DNA of 49,176 nucleotides from Methanotrichaceae archaeon (lineage in GTDB: Archaea > Halobacteriota > Methanosarcinia > Methanotrichales > Methanotrichaceae): the NCBI GenBank assembly GCA_963748825.1, contig CAVVKN010000024.1:1-49176 (forward strand). Direction: 5' to 3'. Both the position numbers and the translations under genes were made by a program. Below, piece by piece: positions 1 through 14,578 of this stretch (within the stretch, counting starts at the first letter, position 1; each line of letters begins with the position of its first letter). The notes beneath the pieces are model-generated. The model was given only the letters and a program-made list of their open reading frames with translations. It was not told the origin of the DNA and searched no databases.

Positions 1-283
1 CCTTGCTTTCCATTAGAGAAGGGTGCACGCCCAGGAATTCTATCCTTTCTTCTGCTCTGCCGTCCATGGGTCCCAGGTCCACGATCATTATGCGGTCTTC
101 GTCATGTTTGATGATCTCTGTAAGTGCCGCAATAAGCTCTACTTTTCCTTTGTCGGTGAGATTGCACCTAAAGACGGAGTAATGTATTGGATCTCCGAAA
201 CCTTTCATGGTTTTGTGCACCTGATGCAGGCGCTTTGGGTCCATTATGTCGTAGCTGACTACGTAGCATTTCAGTTCGCCCAT
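1..283 (-). CDS. cas2: CRISPR-associated endoribonuclease Cas2 (3' end runs off the window)
   Basis: Not in the ORF track. Manual translation gives MGELKCYVVSYDIMDPKRLHQVHKTMKGFGDPIHYSVFRCNLT..., with the Cas2 Y-x-x-x-Y-D-I and (Q/H)YSVF motifs; directly downstream of cas1. Confidence 0.93.
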   Translation of the reverse strand, partial: MGELKCYVVSYDIMDPKRLHQVHKTMKGFGDPIHYSVFRCNLTDKGKVELIAALTEIIKHDEDRIMIVDLGPMDGRAEERIEFLGVHPSLMESK

Positions 284-298
284 TCCTCGTCACACTCG

Positions 299-2016
299 TT
301 ACCTGGTGCAGAAGGGAGGATAATCCCCGATCTCGCCGGAGATGGCTCGCGCCAGGAGGCGGGCCTGCACTTCCAGCACTCTTCGGTAGCTGACTTTGTA
401 GCCGAAGATGGGATGGATGATCTCCGTCTCCATGCGGCGTTCGTAGCCTGCCACTACGGCCTTCTTTCCGTTGGAGGTCAGGGAGACACCGGCATGAGTC
501 TTGATGAAGTCTTTCTTGGAAATCTCCTCATTGTTAAACAGGTTTATGGCCACGGAATCGGCAATGAGGGGGCGGAACTCTTCCATCATATCCAGGGCCA
601 GAGCGGGCCTGCCGTATCTGGGTCGGTGATAAAATCCAAGATAAGGATCAAAGCCCACCGCGAGGAGAGTGACAAACAGGTCTTTGACCAGAATGCCGTA
701 GAGGTAGGATAGAACTGCATTCACAGGATCTTTCGGTGGTCTGCGGTTTCGATCCGTAAATGAGAAGTCCTTGCCGCCTTCTTTCAACAGGTTGGCAAAC
801 CGGGAAAAATAGCATTCCGCTGCCGCTCCTTCAATGCCCAGCAGGCTCTGGCTGCTTGATGCCGCTTGCGCCTCTGCGGCCAGTTTTGCCATCAGGTCCA
901 GGGAGCTTGTGCTGCGCTCGGGATCGTTTCGGCGCATGAGCGTCCGGCAGTTTTTGATCTTGCCGGCTACGGCCTTTCGAGCCAGAAGTATCGATCTTTT
1001 CGGGTCCATGGCACACTGGAACTGATGTATCCTCAGCTCAACGTTTTTATGGGTCGTTCCCAGGCAGATCCCCTGGAACCAGCCTCCGTGTGTGAAGTGG
1101 ATAACGGGCACTCCTCTTTGCATCAGCTCGACCATAGCCGGGGTGGTTATCTCCACGCCTCCGTAGAGCGAGAGCTGAGAGATCTCTCTTAGCTTGGGCT
1201 CACTGACCTTGCCTTCCCGTGACCAGATTTCCAGGCGTTCTTCTTTCTTCCTAACGGTATTGCCATGACCGACTACGTAAACGGGTATGGCGTCATCCCG
1301 AGAGGGAAGCAGCCTTCTGATTCGGCCTGACGTAGCCTCTTTCTCATCCTCATTCGTTCCCTCTGCTTCCTGCTCGCTTCTGCATCAGCAGCTTCCATCT
1401 CTTTGAGGAGGGTGATCTCATCGGGCAGGCAGATGCCGGCCAAAGAGCAGCGGATGCACTTGGGGCTGTGCTGCAAGGGAGGCGGCATCTCTCCCAGATC
1501 CGCCGCGATCCGGAGCGCAGCGATGAGTTCCATGGTTCTGCTCACCAGGGCGTCATCAAAAGGAATGGGCACTCTCTTCTTCGATTTAACAAAGTAGGCG
1601 ATTCCCTCATCGCAGACAAAGCCGTTTTCCCTCAGCACCAGTCCCTGGGCACAGAGCTGAACTCTCTCCGGCTCGTAGGCACCTTCCGGGATATCAGGCG
1701 CTTCTCCTCGTTTGTAGTCCACTGGAGTGACATGGCCGCCTTCGCCCTCCAGAAGGTCGATTCTGCAGGTGATGCCTGCTCCGGAAAGGTAAACCGATCG
1801 AGCATGAAATGTTTCGAACTCCTCGGAGGCTTTGTCAGAGCCGGCATCCACGCGCCTGTGCTGGAATCTGCCATCCACCGTATCTGCGCTGTCCAAGAAT
1901 TCTCCCTGCACCCATTCGATATAGCAGAGGCGAGGGCAGTAGGCAAACTCGTTGAGCATACGGGCGGGAATCAGCTCAGGCAAATCTCTGTTGGGCTCTT
2001 CGGCTTTAGGAATCAC
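299..2016 (-). CDS. cas1: Cas4-Cas1 fusion (type I-G), with one apparent frameshift in the linker at about 1370-1378
   Basis: 1273..2016 is Cas4 (YCPR, GRFQH, RIDL, PVDYKRG, QLCAQ, CxxCSLxxxC). An alternative frame reads EQEAEGTNEDEKEATSGRIRRLLPSRDDAIPVYVVGHG and continues in frame into Cas1 299..1156 (GIEGAAA, RNRRPPKDPVNAVLSYLY, GFYH, LALDMMEEFRP). Confidence 0.92.
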
Positions 2017-2068
2017 ATACTCACCGTAGTAGTAATAGTAGTCATTATTGATAAAGATATTTATTTTC

Positions 2069-2104
2069 TATGACATTAAATTATTAAGTGCGCACCATGT
2101 CATA
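2069..2104. promoter_or_regulatory. Inverted repeat TATGACAT-N20-ATGTCATA in the AT-rich promoter region of cas4-cas1-cas2
   Basis: Perfect 8-bp arms at 2069-2076 and 2097-2104, next to a TATATA tract about 90 nt upstream of the cas4 start. Confidence 0.4.
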
Positions 2105-2305
2105 TATATTATTTTCAGTTTTATGATATAACTATAGACATCCCAGAGGCGAAATAATCTAAAAGGATCGTTTTATTCCAGGCTATTGCCAGCGACAGGT
2201 AATATATCTCCAAGCGAGAGGTAGAACAAGCACCACAAAGAAAGCTCCTGACATCTTGAGGAGGCTTCTGCAAAAACAAATTATAAAAATTAGAAACGGG
2301 ATAAA

Positions 2306-2437
2306 TCACTCAATGCCGCGTTTGGTGCAATACTCATCAAGTGATATATACAGCTCCTTTTCTCTTTGGAGCTTCTTGTATTGCTCATCAGCATAGGCCG
2401 CCAGTACATCCTCTTTTTGAACTTCAACGGTTGCCAT
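2306..2437 (-). CDS. Putative small antitoxin, 43 aa (MATVEVQKEDVLAAYADEQYKKLQREKELYISLDEYCTKRGIE)
   Basis: Below the ORF-track cutoff. AGAGGA RBS then ATG at 2437; starts 28 nt after the RelE-like stop; C-terminal ISLDE...RGI resembles the tails of archaeal RelE-partner antitoxins. Confidence 0.65.
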   Translation of the reverse strand: MATVEVQKEDVLAAYADEQYKKLQREKELYISLDEYCTKRGIE

Positions 2438-2465
2438 TGATCCTCTTTATATCCTCGATTGGTTA

Positions 2466-2747
2466 TTAATTTTTCCTATAGGCCGAATCTCTCTTCTTTG
2501 GAAAGAGATCCGTAACAAATATCGTCTGCTCTTCCACAAAGTACATGGCTCTGAATTCTCCCATCCTCAGCCGGTACATAGGCGGCCTGCCACTGCCGGC
2601 AACGATGTCAATGTCACAGGCAGTTCGCGGCTTGAAGGGGTCTCTCTCCAGCTCCTTAAGATGCTTCTTGATATTCCGGGCCCGCTTATCATCGAGTCCA
2701 TCGAGGTACTTCCCGGCATCTGGAGACAGCATGACTATATACGGCAT
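2466..2747 (-). CDS. RelE/ParE-family type II toxin (93 aa)
   Basis: MPYIVMLSPDAGKYLDGLD...IKKHLKELERDPF...MYRLRMGEFRAMYFV...RDSAY, a typical RelE pattern; GGAGG RBS 3 nt before ATG 2747. Confidence 0.88.
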   Translation of the reverse strand: MPYIVMLSPDAGKYLDGLDDKRARNIKKHLKELERDPFKPRTACDIDIVAGSGRPPMYRLRMGEFRAMYFVEEQTIFVTDLFPKKRDSAYRKN

Positions 2748-2809
2748 TATCCTCCATTCTCCCTTATTCTTCAGCTTCTTGATGTTTTCGGTAATCGTGG
2801 CCTCTGAGT

Positions 2810-5800
2810 GCCTCAATGAGGTCATGATTTTTTAGCCGTGGAAATCACCCCGACCTTCGAGAACTATCTGGATCTGATAGATCAGCTTCAATGGGGCCAC
2901 GACTTTTCAGCCGTGGAAATTACATATCAGGCCGGGACTCCCTCACCGGAACAGAATTGCTTCAATGGGGCCACGACTTTTCAGCCGTGGAAATCGCGTC
3001 ATATCACTCGATTCCTGTTCTGGGCTCTGGCGGCTTCAATGGGGCCACGACTTTTCAGCCGTGGAAATTCTGGACTCTGCGATAATGCCACGGATAGCTC
3101 TGGTCAGTGCTTCAATGGGGCCACGACTTTTCAGCCGTGGAAATAGTACAGAATTTGGGCAACTCCGATCTGTGCCAGAACGTGCTTCAATGGGGCCACG
3201 ACTTTTCAGCCGTGGAAATCTTGACGTACATTGATCTTGCTGCCCAGATCGCCGTGAGCTTCAATGGGGCCACGACTTTTCAGCCGTGGAAATAAGTCAT
3301 AGAATGGACATCTGCGCGCTCTGCATAGACCTGCTTCAATGGGGCCACGACTTTTCAGCCGTGGAAATGTTGATAGTCGTTGGAAGTGCTGAAATCGTAG
3401 ATGCTGAGCTTCAATGGGGCCACGACTTTTCAGCCGTGGAAATTCAGAACTCAGCAGTCCGAGGCTGGCCAGTCCGAGTATCCGCTTCAATGGGGCCACG
3501 ACTTTTCAGCCGTGGAAATACTCCCAGAGGCAGTCAATGAAGCCTGCCCATATGCGCTTCAATGGGGCCACGACTTTTCAGCCGTGGAAATGTATGAGCA
3601 ACTCATGATGTCCATCTAGCTGCAGGCTATGCTTCAATGGGGCCACGACTTTTCAGCCGTGGAAATCCGACGATGACGCGAATCTGCAGACACCTGACGT
3701 TAGTGCTTCAATGGGGCCACGACTTTTCAGCCGTGGAAATATCATGACAGATCGGCCGATGCATTCCGGAGATTGCGGCTTCAATGGGGCCACGACTTTT
3801 CAGCCGTGGAAATTTAATGTCAGATATGCAGCGCGACTGCCTGAGGTATCTGCTTCAATGGGGCCACGACTTTTCAGCCGTGGAAATATCAGGCGTGTGA
3901 GCTTGGCGGACTGGCAGAAGCTGCGCTTCAATGGGGCCACGACTTTTCAGCCGTGGAAATATGCAGCCGATGATCCGTGCACGGCATTGATAGCTCATCG
4001 CTTCAATGGGGCCACGACTTTTCAGCCGTGGAAATTGCAGCCGATGCTCCGATGCCGATGCAACTCGATACTGCTTCAATGGGGCCACGACTTTTCAGCC
4101 GTGGAAATGCCAGTGCCGATGATCCTGCGCCAGACATATCTCGACGATGCTTCAATGGGGCCACGACTTTTCAGCCGTGGAAATATCGAACGGCATGATC
4201 CGACATCAGCGAGCTGAATCAGCTTCAATGGGGCCACGACTTTTCAGCCGTGGAAATCATGCATCGACGAGTATCATGATCGCAGATCTAGTATGCGCTT
4301 CAATGGGGCCACGACTTTTCAGCCGTGGAAATGTCAGATCAGGTAGCTCCGAGCGACGCCTGATCGATATCGCTTCAATGGGGCCACGACTTTTCAGCCG
4401 TGGAAATCGATGCATGATCAATGCATGCACAGCGGTGTCAGGCTATCTGCTTCAATGGGGCCACGACTTTTCAGCCGTGGAAATTCAGAGTGCATGATCG
4501 ATGCACTGAAGCGCATGACTCGGCTTCAATGGGGCCACGACTTTTCAGCCGTGGAAATATTGCGGTCAGCGCTCGGCATCAGCACTTGCCAGTCGTCGCT
4601 TCAATGGGGCCACGACTTTTCAGCCGTGGAAATTATAATCGCTACAGGTCGTAGTCTGCGATCGGTATCAGCGCTTCAATGGGGCCACGACTTTTCAGCC
4701 GTGGAAATTCGAGCATCTGGACATGCGCATGGTCGGCCGATGCATTGGCTTCAATGGGGCCACGACTTTTCAGCCGTGGAAATTTAGAATGGTCAGCATC
4801 GCGAATATGTACGCCTAGCAATCGCTTCAATGGGGCCACGACTTTTCAGCCGTGGAAATCGTACGAGATATCGCAGTCGGTAATCTGGCCAAGCAGTGCT
4901 TCAATGGGGCCACGACTTTTCAGCCGTGGAAATTCTGAGCTGCATCTGTCCGATCCACTGCGGCAATCTCGGGCTTCAATGGGGCCACGACTTTTCAGCC
5001 GTGGAAATTAGACAGCTCGAATGATGCATGCAGTAGCCGTGCAGATAGCTTCAATGGGGCCACGACTTTTCAGCCGTGGAAATCGATCAAGCTCATGATC
5101 TGGCGATACGGAGCTTCAATGGGGCCACGACTTTTCAGCCGTGGAAATCCTGGCATGCAGGAAGCTCCGATGCGCTTCAATGGGGCCACGACTTTTCAGC
5201 CGTGGAAATATCTGATGTGCCTAGCAGGCATTACGATCGTCAGTCACTGCTTCAATGGGGCCACGACTTTTCAGCCGTGGAAATATGATGGTCGCAGCTG
5301 CGACACTTGAATGAGCATCCATGGCTTCAATGGGGCCACGACTTTTCAGCCGTGGAAATGTATCGATGCGAATGACGATACCAGGTCAGCAAGCTCGGCT
5401 TCAATGGGGCCACGACTTTTCAGCCGTGGAAATGATGGACTGCTCAGAGCGACTGCCAGCTCTGATGCTATGCTTCAATGGGGCCACGACTTTTCAGCCG
5501 TGGAAATGTCACATGCTCAGTAGCGGTCGCAGTCGCAGCTAGACAGCTTCAATGGGGCCACGACTTTTCAGCCGTGGAAATTCAGACCTATGAGCAGGCC
5601 GCGATCAGATGCATGCTTCAATGGGGCCACGACTTTTCAGCCGTGGAAATATCATGATCACTGCATGCGACATCGCATGCGATGATGCAGCTTCAATGGG
5701 GCCACGACTTTTCAGCCGTGGAAATTACAGATGCGCGCATGATCAATGGATGCTAGTCATGGCTGCTTCAATGGGGCCACGACTTTTCAGCCGTGGAAAT

Positions 5801-5876
5801 ACTGATCACGCAGATATGCCGTAGCATGGACTTGCAGTATGCTTCAATGGGGCCACGACTTTTCAGCCGTGGAAAT
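2810..5876 (-). CRISPR. CRISPR array: 42 repeats of 36 bp (41 identical plus 1 degenerate terminal copy) and 41 spacers, mostly 36-41 nt
   Basis: + strand repeat GCTTCAATGGGGCCACGACTTTTCAGCCGTGGAAAT. Minus-strand ATTTCCACGGCTGAAAAGTCGTGGCCCCATTGAAGC has a CCACGGCT-GAAA-AGTCGTGG hairpin and an ATTGAAGC 3' end. The degenerate copy at 2810-2845 (6 substitutions) marks the trailer end. Confidence 0.99.
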
Positions 5877-6080
5877 GGCGGCCATTTTTCGCCCTCTGTA
5901 GATATCGAAAAATTGGCCGTTTTCGAGAGGTTCCTCAACTCTCGTGGAGTTTTTTGCAAAGTGCGTCTGTCTTCACGGGAGTTTTCGCTGTTTGGAGGCG
6001 TTTCGAGCGCACCCCGGTCCTCCCGGAACCACATAACCTCTCGAAAAGACCTCTCGCTATTATTATCTTTCGCTTAAATT
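5877..6080 (-). promoter_or_regulatory. CRISPR leader with inverted and direct TTTCGAG motifs and a TATA-like element
   Basis: Adjacent to the last perfect repeat, opposite the degenerate end. TTTTCGAGAGGTT (5920-5932) and AACCTCTCGAAAA (6035-6047) form a perfect inverted pair; TTTCGAGCG at 6001; minus-strand TTTAAG near 6073-6078. Confidence 0.8.
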
Positions 6081-6312
6081 GCAGGAGTCTTCGGCCCCAT
6101 GGAGTGAGGGGACACTTTGCTGCAAAAAAGAATCGCGCTTTGCAGGAGACCATCCGACCCCGGCCCGGCGGCTTTCCCGCAGGCTCACGCGCGCGCGGGC
6201 CCGATCGCCTGGGCAGGCAAGAGGGCCAAGTTAGTCTTGCTGCGGTAATCAAAGCGGCTCTACTGTTAGAAAATGTTACACTGTGGGGCAAAAGAAGTTG
6301 ATTAAACAGCCA

Positions 6313-6526
6313 TCAAGCCGTACCGGCTACAAGGCTGCGTTTCTGCGGGAGGGGAATGTCTCTGCCGATTTCCTTTGCTGTTTCCAGCCAGAGCTGCATG
6401 GCAATTTTGACCTCATTTAGTGCTCGCTCTTCGTTTTCTCCAAAGGCAGAGCAGCCAGGCAGTCTCTGGGACTGTGGCGATAAAACCCTCATCCTCTTCG
6501 CTGTAAGAGATCTCAATTGCGTACAT
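6313..6526 (-). CDS. hicB: HicB-family antitoxin (short, RNase H-like fold only), one apparent +1 frameshift at about 6465
   Basis: Joined frames give MYAIEISYSEEDEGFIATVPE/LPGCSAFGENEERALNEVKIAMQLWLETAKEIGRDIPLP, the classic HicB signature; GGAGG RBS. Confidence 0.88.
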
Positions 6527-6640
6527 CAATCCTCCATTGACGGTCAATGTTTCAGAATGCAGCTTTATAAACTGTTTGACCTGATAGCCGATATTTGCCC
6601 ATTCCAACCTTCATTCTGATAAGTTCAGAGATCTCCCTAT
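6527..6640 (-). pseudogene. hicA: Remnant of the C-terminus of a HicA toxin
   Basis: Broken frames read EISELI...YQVKQFIKL, matching the HicA C-terminal helix, directly upstream of hicB. No N-terminal half or G-S-H motif is recognisable. Confidence 0.55.
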
Positions 6641-6789
6641 TCAAGATCAGCTTGCGCTAACTGCAGGCATCTTACTGTCTGGCTGCAGTATCCCGCGGGC
6701 CACGCGCGGGCCGGCGCGGGCAGGCCGGAGGGCCCCGGACGGTGGGGGCGCTCCAGCGGGCTGCCGGGCGAGGACGGCGATGGGGGCGG

Positions 6790-9400
<2,611 letters not shown>

Positions 9401-11628
9401 TCATTCCTGGACGACTCTCGGCCTCAGAACACTGCTTGCTAAATGCTCGATCTGACTCTCACCAATGGAAAATAGCAGTGCTGCTGCAATTCTTTTCATT
9501 AAATTAGATGAAATATTAGTGCTAATCTTAGCCGCAGGGAGATTGCTCCCTCTCAGACGCCTCTCTGCTAACTGCAGCGAACCAAAACCATCACCAATGG
9601 CGGCTCTCCTGTGTATTTGCGGCACAAGTGGGACCGTCGCATCGCATACAGGTCCGCCTGCAAAGCAGAGCTTGAGAAGCGCATAGCTGGCAGATGGGAA
9701 TATGGTATCCGATTCGAATTGCCTTTTTATAAAATTCCTGGATACAGAAGGCCAGTCTACTAAAATCAAACCCCAGAGAAGATCCATCATTCGGTTTAAA
9801 TTGACTCGATCTTCAATAAGTGCTGCAATATCCCCAAGATCTGCTTTAATTTTAGCATCATCGGGATAGCTATTTGCTCCGGAGCGAACCGCCATCATGA
9901 TTCGGCGTGAAATTATATCGTTCATTACGGAGATGGGATCTCCTTCAGACCAGACGACATCTCTTCCCAACGTCTCATCAAATGAGTTAGCATTCCAGTG
10001 ATTGATCGGCTCCATTTGAGAGCGCAGCCACATGGTAAACTCGCGTCCCTCCTGGTCTTTGTAACGGCCAAAGGTAGAAGCAAGACTTGCCGCCAGGAAA
10101 AATTCAGGGGATTGATCATTTGCCATTGTCAGCCAATTTTTTGAAAGAGGACTTACCGGCTTAACGAAAGCCTCTTTTGCCCAGCGAGAACTTCGGACGA
10201 TGGCTTTTTCGCACTCTCCGAGGGCGATCAATACATCCTGCACCCGCCATGCTTGAACCTGATCATTGCTGCTCTCTTTGCAGAGGGCCAAAATGGACGA
10301 TTCAAGAACGTGCAGAGCGCGTCCAACAGATGCAGGCGCTTTCTCTGATCGAGCTTTGTCGTGGAATGAATCGAGCCAGCTATCCACATCGTTCAATAGC
10401 TCCACCTGGATCTGGCGGCTCACCATGATCCGCTCAAGGGGGACTGAGAAGAAGTTTTTGCCATTTCTTTCCAGAAATCCATATCTTTGGAACGATTTTA
10501 ATCCCCGATCAACTCCAAGAGAGGCAACTGCTCTGGCAAAATCTACTCCATTTCTGGCCGGCCTGGTTCCCACCTGAGCACGCCCTTCACTCATGAGGGC
10601 TCTTGAGTTCAGATAATCCCGTGGGCTTCTCCCAGAGGGGCATCCAGATCTCTGCTCTTGCGCTTTTCTCATCGCTCTCAGAAGCGCTGCCGTATCCTAC
10701 ACCCGAGGGGCGAACGCTGAACGGATAGCTCAGAACGCCTGGCATATTTGCTTGCAGCCGCTTGACTGTGGCAGACGCGAAAAATAATGCGCCCTCAATC
10801 ATGAGTATGTAATCCCAGGGATTTACCGGCGAGTCCGAGACAAATCCCGGTGCAGAATTGGGACCGCCTACAGCACCCGGATAAAATTGGCCGATAGAAA
10901 TTCCGTTGACCAAGCCATCAGAGTTTTCAGCAAACAGCGCCCCGTCAAGCCATGCCCTCGATTGTGCTTTCGAATTTCCATCACTAAATTCGAAGATATC
11001 TTTGAGCCGTTGCATGAAATTGCTGCTGAAATCCAAATTTCCATCGTTTCCACCTGTTCCCAGGAGCGGAGGAAATCTTGGCATTCTCAGTTGTCAAAAT
11101 CACGGATGCATCAAGCCAGTCTATTGCTGAATCAGGAAGACTGTTTCGCACTGCCTGGATAAGCTCCTCTTTTTCCTCTTTGGAGGGAGCTTCTTCCAGT
11201 CCCATCTTTTTGACCAGGTTCTTGGTGATCTGGAGAGACTTGCGATAAGCTGAAAGTCTCGTCTGCAGTTGATTCTAAAATGTCCTGAACAGCTTTTGTT
11301 GCCGCGGTCTGCTGAGTCCTGCGCCCCGTCTTCTTTTTTTTCCCTGTCAGTGGGTCCTTTTCCTTGAGCTTCTCTTCCTGAAAGTAAAATCCGCTGCCTC
11401 CATTCCACGGAGCCACGATCGGCGTCGGACTGTATTTCTCCAAAAAGAATGTCCTCAGAGATTCGCTATCCATTGTAGTTTTGAGCCGGAAAGAATCGCC
11501 TATCCAGTATCCTTTGGCACCCGGATCAACCTGCTCGGCTACAATCCTGAAGATCCCCAACGCCTTCAGATAGTGGGCGAGCGGCACAGGTGCACAGCCT
11601 TTGAGATTCAGGTCGTTTGATTCAGCGC

Positions 11629-11632
<4 letters not shown>
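9401..11632 (-). CDS. csx17: Type I-G large subunit Cas8g (Csx17/Cas8u1), 3 apparent frameshifts (about 11260, 11080, 10597)
   Basis: LKGCAPVPLAHYLKALG, YSPTPIVAPWNGGSGF, PLLGTGGNDGNLDFSSNFMQ, GQFYPG, VNPWDYILMIEGAL, EIWMPLW, LGVDRG..FQRYGFLERNG. Confidence 0.9.
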
Positions 11633-14209
<2,577 letters not shown>

Positions 14210-14461
14210 ATGCCTGGCCTCCGCCTGGGAGCTTTGCGCGGCAGCTCTTCGCCCCTGCAAAGTCAGAAGCAAAAGTACATCATCGGAGATAAATGTATTC
14301 TGAGCGGGACGAAACTAATCCATTATTTGTGTTCTTTGCGTGAAAACCGTAAATCCACTGGTTAGCCTGATGGTAGATCCATGCAGCAAAAAAAATTGGC
14401 TCTTCGCTATTTCCAGTTGCTAACCTCAGGTTACTATGTATTTCCAGTTGTTAGTTAGTCG

Positions 14462-14578
14462 CTCTGTGCGTACTCTGTGAACTCTGTGTCTCTGTGGTGG
14501 AAACGTCGTTAGCCGCTGGTTATAACCAAGTGGTTACGAACTACCACCACAGAGGCACAGAGCGCACGGAGATCAGAG
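14462..14578. repeat. Long imperfect inverted repeat (REP/MITE-like) built from CTCTGTG / CACAGAG units
   Basis: CTCTGTGTCTCTGTGGTGG (14482-14500) pairs with CCACCACAGAGGCACAGAG (14544-14562) with one mismatch; central TGGTTATAACCA palindrome; extra CTCTGTG copies further out. Confidence 0.7.

Noticed and set aside
23-2073. + strand ORFs 23..712, 866..1192 and 1468..2073
   Set aside because: Antisense shadows of cas2 and cas4-cas1 with no recognisable motifs.
2748-2825. N-terminal extension of RelE starting inside the degenerate repeat
   Set aside because: The RelE fold begins at MPYIV with a GGAGG RBS before 2747; the upstream ATG arises from a repeat substitution and has no RBS.
2846-5840. 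Self-targeting spacers or a CreA-like mini-array
   Set aside because: I saw no spacer match elsewhere in the window and no repeat-spacer-repeat unit outside the array. This was by eye only; a BLASTN-short search would be decisive.
2838-6077. About 30 short ORFs containing MGPRLFSRGN, LQWGHDFSAVE or FNGATTFQPWK
   Set aside because: Translations of the CRISPR repeat, which has an ATG and no stop codon on the + strand; not genes.
14351-14450. TCCACTGG / TTTCCAGTTG upstream of cas3 as ORB elements
   Set aside because: Only half-sites, without the TGGAAA arm or G-string.
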